This document shows, one piece after another, positions 53,136 to 64,000 of a stretch of DNA of 64,000 bases. Source of the stretch: Felis catus. Its lineage: Eukaryota. The notes under the pieces are model-generated. The model was not told the DNA's origin. It saw only the letters and a list, made by a program, of their open reading frames with translations, and ran no database searches. The number at the start of each line of letters is the position of its first letter. Within the stretch, counting starts at the first letter, position 1. The position numbers and the translations under genes were made by a program. The DNA is taken from the NCBI RefSeq assembly GCF_018350175.1, contig NC_058368.1, positions 43,588,001-43,652,000 of the forward strand. Reading direction: 5' to 3'.

Positions 53136-54094
53136 AAAAGTGTCCTTATTATTCTCATAGAACTTTTCGGAAATTTCTACTATAAATTTCAAAAGATATA
53201 ACATTATGGAAAAATAAAGTTGTGACTTAACTGTGATAAGTATGATCGAGTATGAGGTAACAATGCAAAATGACAAAATGATATAAGAGCAACCAGGGTT
53301 TTGCAAACACAAAAAATTCTTTGATGTGATTATCAGAGAAATAATTTTACCTCATCCATTAAAATAATATATTTTTATTATAGTAAGTGGTAATTTTAAA
53401 ATTAAACAGAAATGTGTGGTTGCAAATGAATAAAGGAAGAAAAATTAAAGGCAACCAACAGAATGTTTAATAATTCCTTTTTTTGATGTTTCTTCCATTA
53501 TTTGGGTTCACATGTAAAATGAACATTAAACCTTTCCTGAGACAATCCCAATTTAAACCTTAGTCCCACATTCTTTATTACTTCTACCTATTCCACACTA
53601 AACCACAAAATTAGATAATAAATTATATAGTCATATTTTTATGGAATGTATTTCAAGAATCATTCAATCCTTTTTTCTTCCTGCAACTTTATCACTAGTT
53701 CCTAAAATATTTTGTCATCTTTGGGGAATAACACTGTCACTGCAGAAGTTTCAACAGAAACAGCAGATATGGAAAATTAAGATCTCTGAGGAAATGTATC
53801 TTTACATTCAGTATTATTTCTTTGAGATAACATAATTACTTTCTTATTTTTATTCTTATTATAAAGGTAAAGATGAACATTTTCCAACTCTTAACAAGTC
53901 TTAAGAATGAGAAAGGAAAATAAAAAATTATCGGTCTTATATCTAGGGAAAATTTTTTGTAAAGAAATTTTAAATGTTTTCTTCATTTTCTCTATGCATG
54001 GTGTTTGTATATCTTTAGATACTTGTTATACAATTATACATACAATTTTCTGTCTTTAGTTTTATCTCTAAGAATAAAACATAAGCACTTTCTT

Positions 54095-54301
54095 TTTTTT
54101 TAATATTTTTAATGTTTATTTATTTTTGAGACAGAGAATGAACGGGGGAGGGTCAGAGAGAGGGAAACACAGAATCCGAAGCAGGCTCCAGGCTCTGAAC
54201 TGTCAGCACAGAGCCCGACGCGGGGCTCAAATTCCCAGGCCGTGAGATCATGACCTGAGCCGAAGTCGGACACTTAACCAACTGAGCCACCCAGGCACCC
54301 C
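54095..54301 (-). mobile_element. Can-SINE
   Basis: TSD AGCACTTTCTT at 54084-54094 and 54302-54312. Confidence 0.95.
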
Positions 54302-54666
54302 AGCACTTTCTTATTAAGATTACTGGTAACACCCACGTAACACTTTGAGTAAATATACCAATGTTTATTATTTTGTCTTTGGATATTTAATTAGTTCCCA
54401 AACTTAGATATGATAAATAATATTTTTACCAACTTGTTTGCCTTTAAGATTTTTTTATTCTCTTTCTTTTATAATTTTAGAATTTTTTCATCCTAAATTC
54501 TAAATTACAGTTTTTGAATGATAAAATACAATTTTAGATATTTTATTAAGTTTATTGATAAAAGAGTTGTCCAACTTTTTGTACTCCCACCATCCTTTTA
54601 TGACCTTATACTGGTCCTGTATCTTTGCATACATCAAGTATTATCTTTTAAAAATACTTGCTAATT

Positions 54667-54796
54667 GGAGCATCTGGGTGACTGACTGTTAAGCGACTGG
54701 CTCTTGATCTTGGCTCAGGTCATGATCTTGTGGTTTGTGGGATGAAGCCCCATGTTGGGCTCTACACTGATAGCATGGAGCCTGGTTGGGACTCTA

Positions 54797-54844
<48 letters not shown>

Positions 54845-54905
54845 TCCCTGCTCCTGCTCTCTCTCTCAAAATAAATAAATAAATTTTAAATAAAATAAAA
54901 TAATA
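54667..54905 (+). mobile_element. Can-SINE, older subtype, long (CT)n
   Basis: TSD core TTGCTAATT at 54658-54666 and 54913-54921. Confidence 0.92.
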
Positions 54906-55667
54906 AACATATTTGCTAATTTGATTCAATTTGTCCTTCTTTAATTATTGATTACAATAAATATATTTTCCACATTATCATCTTCTTCTGTCTCTTGTGT
55001 TACTCAAAATCCTTTGGCAATCTATATTTTTTACAAGAAGATAAGCCAAGTATACAAAATAAAATTAAGTTCATGTAAGCAATAGGCTATATTTTTTAAT
55101 GTATTTTTAAGGTCAACCAATCAAATAATTTTTCAATGAATGATGCATGTTTTGTTTGATTTGGTTTGGTTTGTTTGTTTTCCTGCCAGGGTATCAAGTG
55201 GTTGATAGGTGGCTGGATAGATTTAGATGAAAATTTTATGAAAAAGTGTCTCAAAAAATTGCAATATATACTTCATTATTATATTCATAGAACCCCCTCA
55301 TGTTTTTAGTAATAATTGTGCCCTTAGAATTTGCAATACAAGCATTGTATTGGTCAATTGGTTTCTAGAACAGCCTCAAACATTTCTGACGGGACTAATT
55401 CTTTGGTATTTATGAGAACTCTCCAGGGAATTCCAATATGACTCCAAGGTTGAGAATCTGTCATCTAGGCTAATGGATTTTCCATTAGTAAATTTGTACT
55501 TCTGTAATGTAATAATTGTGCTATTGACTAACTTTTGGCATGATGAAGTAAATAATAACGTAATTGCTAAACTGTCTAGTATTGAAAATATAAATAATGA
55601 ACAGATTTCCATGGGATTGTAGATGTCAGTGGACTGGCATAAATGAGTGAAATAAGTGATTATTTTA

Positions 55668-56117
55668 GGAGCGCCTGGGTGGCTTATTCAGTTAAGCATA
55701 TGACTTCGGCTCAGGTCATGATCTTGTGCTTCGTGAGTTCGCGCCCCACGTTGGGCTCTGTGCTGACAGCTCAGAGCCTGGAGCCTGCTTTAGATTCTGT
55801 GTCTCCCTTTCTCTCTCTGCCCCCTCCCCACTCATGCTCTGTTTCTCTCTGTCTCTTAAAAATAAGTAAACATTGGGGCGCCTGGGTGGCGCAGTCGGTT
55901 AAGCATCCGACTTCAGGCAGGTCATGATCTCGAGGTCCATGAGTTCGAGCCCCGGGTCAGGCTCTGGGCTGATGGCTCAGAGCCTGGAGCCTGTTTCCGA
56001 TTCTGTGTCTCCCTCTCTCTCTGCCCCTCCCCCATTCATGCTCTGTCTCTCTCTGTCCCAAAAATAAACAAACATTGAAAAAAAATTAAAAAAAAATAAG
56101 TAAACATTAAAAAAATT
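55668..56117 (+). mobile_element. Can-SINE hosting a second SINE in its tail
   Basis: Outer TSD AAATAAGTGATTATTTTA/AAAGAAGTGATGATTTTA at 55650-55667 and 56118-56135. Confidence 0.93.
55875..56091 (+). mobile_element. Young felid Can-SINE, nested
   Basis: Perfect 17-bp TSD AAAAATAAGTAAACATT at 55858-55874 and 56092-56108. Confidence 0.96.
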
Positions 56118-56744
56118 AAAGAAGTGATGATTTTACATAAGGAGCTAAAAGAGGAAGTGTAGAAACCAAAGCATAACTAATAATTGGATTTGATAATAAG
56201 CCATTTTATTTCTATTTATAAATGTTACCTGTTCTAAAAACCGATTATCAAATAGTGGATACAGTCATCATTTTCCCATGATTTGCTAAGAAAGCACAAT
56301 GGCTCAGCTAGTAGGCCAATTGTTATTTTGGTAAATTGTAAAAATTAATGTTTTCACTTTTTAATCTATTGAAGTTTAATTTTTCAGCAAATGTAAGGAA
56401 ATAGAATTTAAAGTTGACTGACTTGCAATGAAAACAAGGAATATAATATATTACTCAGAAATTTGTAAAAGTAGTATAATCACATAGATGATGACAAATC
56501 TGATTGCTGTGAGAAGGCAAATGAACCTAAGACCACTGTTGGATAGTACATAATATTAGTGGTATGAAATATTTAAGACAATTTCTTATCACATATTCAT
56601 ACTAGTAAATATTTTTATTTACAGCTGTCCAGAGCTCTCTTTTACAGTGTGATGAGCAGGTTTTGACATATATATGGTCTGTATGGTAGAAGGATATTCT
56701 AAAGAATTTATTTTTTTTCTTTTTTACAGTTGATAATTCATGTT

Positions 56745-56919
56745 GCACACACACACACACATATATATACACATATGTATATATATATATCTATGTATAT
56801 ATATATATATACACACACATATGTGTGTGTATATATATATACACACACACATATGTGTGTGTATATATATATATATATATACACACACATATGTGTGTGT
56901 GTATATATATATATATATA
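56745..56919. repeat. Alternating purine-pyrimidine (CA)/(TA)/(TG) repeat with palindromic units
   Basis: Seen directly. Confidence 0.95.
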
Positions 56920-58321
56920 AAATTACAAATACTATGAGCCACTATGCATATATTTAATTAAAAATACTATGAACCATGAAAAGGTACATTGGAAGTAAAA
57001 TTATGCTTGGAGTAAAAAGGCCACTGCTACTAAATTAAAAAAAAAATGAGTCTGAAGGTCAATCCAGACGTTTTTTATTCAGAGGACACTGTTGGTATTT
57101 GGCTGTATGTCTCCTAATTTTAATTCAGTGTTGGAGGAAATAGTGAACATTGAGAATAAAATTAAATTATATCCACTTTTCATATGCTCTGAGTAAAAAT
57201 GGACATAAACTCTAAAATAGATACCCCACTCAATTTGTTTCCCCAATGAAGTGAAGACATTCACATACATTTTTTAAATTTAGGATTATACTATATATAT
57301 TATTTTACCATTTAATTTTAGTCATAATTTCAAATTAAAGCAATTTCTTTAGATCAATAAACATTTTATAAATAAAGGAAAAAAATTATGGTTCTCTGGG
57401 TTGGAAGGGGTACTAAAGGTAAACATTGCAACCCATTTTTTGGGAAGTATGTCAGGGCTGTTACAGGGAAATTTTTAGGGAATTGCAACACATTATGAAT
57501 TTTTGGGATCAATCCCTTCCCCGAATTTCTAAAGAGGAAGGATGTTTTTCTTTTCTGAGAAACCACTTAGCCTTGAGTAAACAAGCTAATGATAGAACAA
57601 ACCATACATCTGTACATGAGAAAAGGTGACAGATTATAAGATGTGAAAGAAGAGAAACTGAGGAAGTGGAGTATATAGAGGAGGAAAGAGGAAAAAGAAG
57701 GTGAATGAGTAACATTGTTAGAAAAAGTACAGCAGTGAAGAGAGTTGTGTTTCTCTTTTTACTGTAATACCTTATTCATCTGACAGAAATTTACATTAAA
57801 CTACTGAAGTACTTTTCAAAGGTTTAATGCTGAATTTATGCTTCTTTTAAATGTCACACAATGCGGGAACTGGCCTTAAGATGGCTCCTGTACGTTTGTA
57901 TTATACACGTGTAAAATGACATGTGTATGAACAGTTGACAGGCAGAACACAGAATGAAATAAAAGAGGCTCCAAGAGGTGAAAGCCAGGCCCAGAGAATA
58001 GCTGAGTCATTTTACTAGATAGGAGGCTGTCCTAGTTGATAGTGGTCCCGGCTGTGTTTGGAATAGCTTTGGGTGATGTAGCCACTTATCTCTTCTCTCT
58101 CCTCCATGGCTAAACATACAGTTCTTCTTGGGCTTTTAAAACCACAATGCATTACTGTTTCACTTTTCTATATCTTAATATGTGTCCTAATAACATATCT
58201 CATAGTGGTGTTCTTTCTTTTGGGAAAACCAAAAGCAAACAAACAAACAAAAAGCCTGATAGAAAGAATGCTTATACTACTTCATATTGAACTGAAATTT
58301 TGGGTTTTTTCAGTCATCCAA

Positions 58322-58490
58322 GGATGACTTTGGAATTTTGGAATATAATGCTTTAGAAACACAGGATTTTCTAAAAGTGTAGAATATTTTACAGCAGGTT
58401 TGGACTTTGGATGACTTTGGAATTTTGGAATATAATGCTTTAGAAACACAGGATTTCCTAAAAGTGTAGAATATTTTACAGCAGGTTTGG
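58322..58490. repeat. 82-bp tandem duplication with a 5-bp junction insert
   Basis: 58322-58403 and 58409-58490, 1 mismatch. Confidence 0.96.
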
Positions 58491-61400
58491 TCAAAATTAA
58501 CTTTTATTATTGTGGGCATTATTTTTCTTATAGATTCTGCTCATTGTGCTGAATACTAAAGTTTCTATGCAAAATCCATTATTTTAGTTTCACTTGTCAG
58601 AACTATAAAGCTAACAACATACTGGGGGAGCCTATACTCAGTTTCAAAGAAAGAAAATTCTGAATGATCAAATCCTTCACTTTTCTTTTGTTTGTAATAT
58701 AAAGAAAAGATACATAAAATTCTGGCATGATGTAAACTATAGTTTCACAAATGAATTAAAATAACAGCTTTACTCTGAAAGATGAAAAATCTAATATTTA
58801 ATTTTAAGTTAGTCATAATATAGTTTTATTTGCAAACAATTGAAATGTAATTGAAGTATAGGTAATAAAGTTATACTATTTAAGCAAGAATCTATTTTTG
58901 ATATCCAGTATTTTAAAAATACTAAATGAATTAAAGAAAACATTGACTGCCTTATATATTTCCATTCAGCTAACAAGCAATGCCATATTAATAAATGCCT
59001 AGACTGCACAGAGCCTATCTAAAATGAACTGATTGCCTAACAGACCTACTAAGCCAAATCAGACAGTCAAGTTCAAGAAAAGTATTTCAGAAAATTCATG
59101 ATATACATTCTTTTTCATTTGCTCATAGGTGGAACTCATCTATTTTTTCCTATACCTTCACCTATTATACTTTTGTTATATTTCACACCTCTGTATTCAT
59201 TTGTAGCCCAACGGGTTTCTTTTTTTCCCCAACCCAACAAGTATGCTTTCATGGTAGAAATTTCAACCTTTCTCTATCCCCAATCTCTTCATAGTATCCA
59301 TTGCCTTTGCCTGTAATGAAAATGGAAATATTAAAAGGGACTGCTCCTATTACAACCATTTAGAGTGAAAAACGCTCACTTACTATGCTCCATATGCCAT
59401 CCAGCTGGCTGGGATGGTTGTGTTCTACAAAGCCACTGGAATGTATCCAAACCAATACCTTATCAGGGATGAGAGGAAGCAAGGGTGGGAGAAGAAGATG
59501 AGATGCAAAAGGGACAAATAGACAGTTGGACAGATTGTTGAACTGGTATTAACCAAGACAGAGAGAGAGAGAGGGTGTTTGAAATAATTTAACATAATTT
59601 TGAAATAATTTCAGTGACCTAGAGAGAAACTACAATGCAGTGGTGATGAAACAGAGGTTGACTGATGAGTTAGAAATTGAGGAATGAGAGATGCAACACC
59701 TCTTATGCTGTTGATGTCAGCAAAACCTTTCTGTGCTGAGGGAAAAGGCAGAACACCTTTGAGTAGGATAATATATGTATAGTGTCATTTAGTGATGTTT
59801 TCCTTCACTAGGATATCAATTCTACCTCAGTTCTTCCAATTCAATTCAGTTCTACTGTGTGGAAGGAAAAAGGGTCTTGTGGCATGGAGGCCAAACTGGG
59901 GAAGACAAAAGGAAAGGTATATTGATTTCTAATAAACTCATGGGTTTGTGCATTATTAATTAGTGAACATTTTTTTAAAATGTCTTAGGATATCTAATAG
60001 AATACTATTACACATGGAACACATGAGGCATAAAGTCAAATTTAGAACTGCTTTGCAATAAGTTAATGGAAATAAAACTAACACTAATCATTGAGTTTCC
60101 CCCAGTAATAAGTTCTTTCTTATGGGTGGGCCTATACAAGTTTAAGTAAGGATCTGGGTACATCTTACCTAAATCCTTATTTGGATTTAGCAACTGAATA
60201 CTTTTGTAAAATTAATGGTTTATTCTCAATTCTAATAGCTGTCAATTTATGAATCATTGTTTTCAAAAAGATATTTTTAGAATCACTTCCCTTAGAGTTG
60301 CCAAAATTGTATTTACCTATTTCTCATAAAATACCAACATTGGAAACTGACACACAGGAACAAAGCATACTACAAGACAAAAGAAGCAAACGTATTAAAG
60401 AGGAATGAACTCTAAGAAGCTCTGACAGATGCAAAGAGCTTCACACTCTGCTCTGTGATGTTTAACATATGTTGTCAATTAAAAATTGCTTAAGAAATAT
60501 TTAACAAGACAGATCTATCACATTTGGAGTTTGTGGAAATAGTTTTTGCATATAGTCTTATTTTACTTTTACTTAAAAAAAAGCGAAGTTTATTTGCTCA
60601 ATTTGTGCCTTAATTATTTTTTGAAAAAGGTATTTTTTGATATTTGTTTTTCATAGGTGTTAAATATATTTCAATTAAAATTTAATGGCTGATTGTACAT
60701 AAAATATTTAACATAATGAATTAAGAGGTATTTATTTCCCATTAAAAAATTTAGTAAAACTCCTAACTAACATTGTTTATAACCTAATTATTTCCTGAGA
60801 ATGGAGAGAGACTTTGTGCTTTTTGAAAAGTATTATTGCTAAGGTACACACATATACTGCTAGAATAAACATTGAACAAATACTGATGTAGAAAGATTCA
60901 ACACCAATTTTGATATTGAATCCTGGGGAAGTATATCAACTGTAACCTACAAAGTTTGTAAAATAAACTGAGGACAATTTTTCCTATGCATAATCATTTA
61001 TGCATGGTTTTGGTAAAACCATTTGCTAGGTGATGATTTAGTGATAGGGAAAGCAGCATCTCCAGCAGTGCCAATTGTGGTAGGATTGGGTGTTCTAGTA
61101 TAATCCTAGATTAATGGTCCTCATAACCATTGTAATTAATTCGGCCTTCGGTAGTTTTATTAATGTAGTTCATTTTGGGATCGAGTAGATTTAGCCATGA
61201 ACTAACATATAAAGAGGCCACCAAACAAACACATTAATTATGAGAAAAAATGAAACAATATAACATAAACAATATGATATAATATCTTCACATGCCTTCA
61301 AGTTTTTCAAAGAGCAAATTGATGGTGTTTGTAAACCAAGATGGAATATTGAAACTTTTGGTGCACATGGATTAGTGATGAATAGATTTATTTCCACATT

Positions 61401-61794
61401 CATTTTTTTCATTCATCCTGTGGATGTATTGGGTATCCAGATGTGTGCAAGAGCTTGTCCTGATTACTGTGGATACAATGGAAAGTGTCTCTGCCAATAC
61501 ACCCATCCATCAGCTGCTTTTTCATTTCTAGCCTGTATTACATTATGCCTATGTATCTAACAACATGGCATAACTAGGGAGGTTTCCCCAGACATAGTTT
61601 CAGTCCATTATGAAACAGCCCAGCTTCTCTATCTGTTTATAAACAGGGACTAGTATTGACATTTTACTCTAAGGAAGTCATGGGGTATCGATTAGTGTCA
61701 GTGAACAGACACTCAAAACAAGTACAGATCACTGGTGCTCATTATTGAAATCACCTACATTTTAGAACTGTTTATATTGTAGATAAGAAAGCAA

Positions 61795-61926
61795 AATAAA
61801 AAAGAAAGAGGGGGGTAAGGAAGGAAGGGGGGGGAAGGAGCAGAAGGAAGAAAGGAAGGAAGAAAAGGAAGGAAGGAAGGAAGGAAGGAAGGAAGGAAGG
61901 AAGGAAGGAAGGAAGGAAGGAAGGAG
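61795..61926. repeat. (GGAA)n microsatellite
   Basis: Seen directly. Confidence 0.96.
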
Positions 61927-62250
61927 AAGCAGTAATTTTGATACGTTTATTAGAACAATAAATCATTTTGACTCTTGTTAATTTCCTACATTTTTAAAAT
62001 ACCACCTTTGAACACCTTTGTTAAGTAGGTTTTGTATTTATTATAAATACTTTTTTCCAAAAAGTTCTAATTAATAATGTTTTTGAATTTCCAGGCAAAA
62101 CTTTTGTTTGTTATACTAGTGTTTTAATTATTTTAACATAGCTTCTAATACAACATGTGCCCAGTCTCCCTCTGAATCTCCTTTATTTCTTAATTTGTGA
62201 ATTGACAGTTTTCAAGGGGACAATTTAACTCAAAAACCATACTTTAAAAT

Positions 62251-62458
62251 TTTTTTAATGTTTATTATTTGAGAGAGAGAGACAGACAGAGAGCAAGCAG
62301 GGGAGGGGCAAGAGAGGGGGAGACACAGAATCAGAAGCAGGCTCCAGGCTCTGAGCTGCCAGCACCTGAGCCTGATGCGGGGCTCGAACCCACAGACTGG
62401 GAGATCATGACCTGAGCTGAAGTCAGCTGCTTAACCGACCGAGCCACCCAGGTGCCCC
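62251..62458 (-). mobile_element. Can-SINE
   Basis: TSD TCAAAAA(C/T)CATACTTT on both sides. Confidence 0.95.
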
Positions 62459-63699
62459 TCAAAAATCATACTTTTAAAATATTCATATACATATGAATAT
62501 TCATAACTTCCTTTATGTATCATTTCCTTACTTTTACCACATAATTTCATTTTGAAATATCACATTATGGCTTTGGGAAAATAAAATCTTTTGTTTAATT
62601 TAGAGGCCATGCAAAAAGTAAGCTTATAATGGCTCCTTTCCCCTTTTTATTGAAATTGCTTGTTTTCTAATCAGATGTGATCTCAAGTATCAAGTATATC
62701 TTTATGTATATTCTTATTTTAGTGAAATTGATGAAAAGAAATCTATTTATTGTTTGTTATTATTCATCCTACATTTTTTTAGGTTATGATACAAATACCT
62801 TTGTATTAAAATTAAACTGATGTTGCCATAGAGGTATTTGGAAGTCATCAAATAATACATACCAAGCATTAGTACCAAATTTCTCTAGATACGAGAAAAG
62901 AAGTGATGACTTGTAACACATATCATTTTGTGTGTGTGAATGTGTGTGTGTATGTGTGTCCATGCCCATGCCCTGACACCAATGGATATACTCTGCCAAA
63001 GTGTTTCCCTACCAGTTTTATTATGAGCTCAGTTCTCTACCCAAATCTAGCAGCAGAAAATTCTTCAGAAACAAAGGTGCCAGTGCAATGCTTTGAACTT
63101 TCGTTATTTTATTGAAAACTCTAAATCTCATTTTTTTCACTTGCCTGTCTAGATATCTAACAAAAAGTGAGAGTTTATAGCAGCAGAGAAGTGGCTGAGT
63201 AGGCAATGACAAGGGAGGTTAAAATAAATAGATTTCCCATACAAGATCTGGAGCTGTCAACACTGTCAGTCTGTACTCATGATAAGCACACCATTTTAAA
63301 CCTTTGGCAGCACTTTTCCCAGCCTTCTCAGACTTTGTTTAATCTCACAGTGCTTCATATAGCTCAGTCTGTCTGCAGCAGCATGCAACAAGTACAGTGA
63401 CTGTTTCTACCCTAAAAATATTGGAGATATTGCTGCCCTACTATCATAGAAATTCAAGTGATCCTGTACCCCAAGGGACCTCACATGAAGACTCCCTCAG
63501 GGTCCAATACTTATCCCCTTTGATGTTTAGTATAATGTTTAAAATGTGGAAATAATTTGTGCAATGTATGCTCTTCAGCTGCCAGTACATGTGACATTTT
63601 ATTTGTTTTAATTCTGCTTGTGACAGTAAATTCAATTTTGAGGATTCAGTCTTTTCAGCTTATCCTCTCTAGTTCTCAAAACCTAAAAATACAATATAT

Positions 63700-64000
63700 C
63701 TTTGTGTAAGTTTTCCCAGAAATAGACCTCAAGACAAGGGTTTGAGTGCAAGAATCTATTTGGAATGTTTACTAATCTCTGACAAAGAGTAAGAAAATAA
63801 GACCATCTAAAGGAAGGCAGCAAATAAAATCTGAGTTTGAAAGCCAGCTTTGGGAACTGTCTCCACAGGGAAACCATGGGAAATGGAAAAGAAAATGTTT
63901 CTTAGAGTTATCACACTTATAAAAGAGATAATTGGAGGATTTGTATATCATCTCCAGCAGGACATTGAATGAAGGCTGCTCTCAGTGCTCTGTAATTGCC
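63700..64000 (-). mobile_element. LTR16-like ERVL LTR, runs off the window
   Basis: CCCAGAAATAGACCTCAAGACAAGGGTTTGAGTGCAAGAATCTATTTGG resembles reverse LTR16. Confidence 0.55.

Noticed and set aside
1..64000. tRNA genes, miRNA hairpins, mitochondrial insertions, CRISPR arrays
   Set aside because: tRNA-like heads all belong to Can-SINEs; by eye I recognised no miRNA, mitochondrial sequence or repeat-spacer array, though this was not an exhaustive search

Overview
AT-rich, repeat-dominated mammalian DNA, almost certainly felid: it carries 20 tRNA-derived Can-SINEs, three with the young cat-type head GGGGCGCCTGGGTGGCGCAGTCGG, plus carnivore/felid-type L1s. I recognise no intact protein-coding gene, RNA gene, CRISPR array or novel biological system. 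The long ORFs are decayed LINE-1 ORF1/ORF2, Tigger1 transposase or simple-repeat artefacts. Main content: a near full-length L1 (27.7-33.4 kb, minus), a 3 kb truncated L1 in opposite orientation (43.6-46.6 kb), an old internally deleted L1MA-type element, three 5'-inverted L1 insertions, a near-complete Tigger1 containing a solo LTR, several MaLR/ERV LTRs, MER53/MER20/MER94, MIR/L2 remnants and microsatellites. Best leads: (i) the two opposed L1s share an in-frame ORF2 stop and other rare variants despite differing elsewhere, suggesting gene conversion; (ii) several minus-strand splice signatures in unique DNA suggest the window lies inside a spliced transcript; (iii) several mechanistically informative insertion and duplication scars. 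Repeat family names come from recalled consensus sequences, not from a database search.
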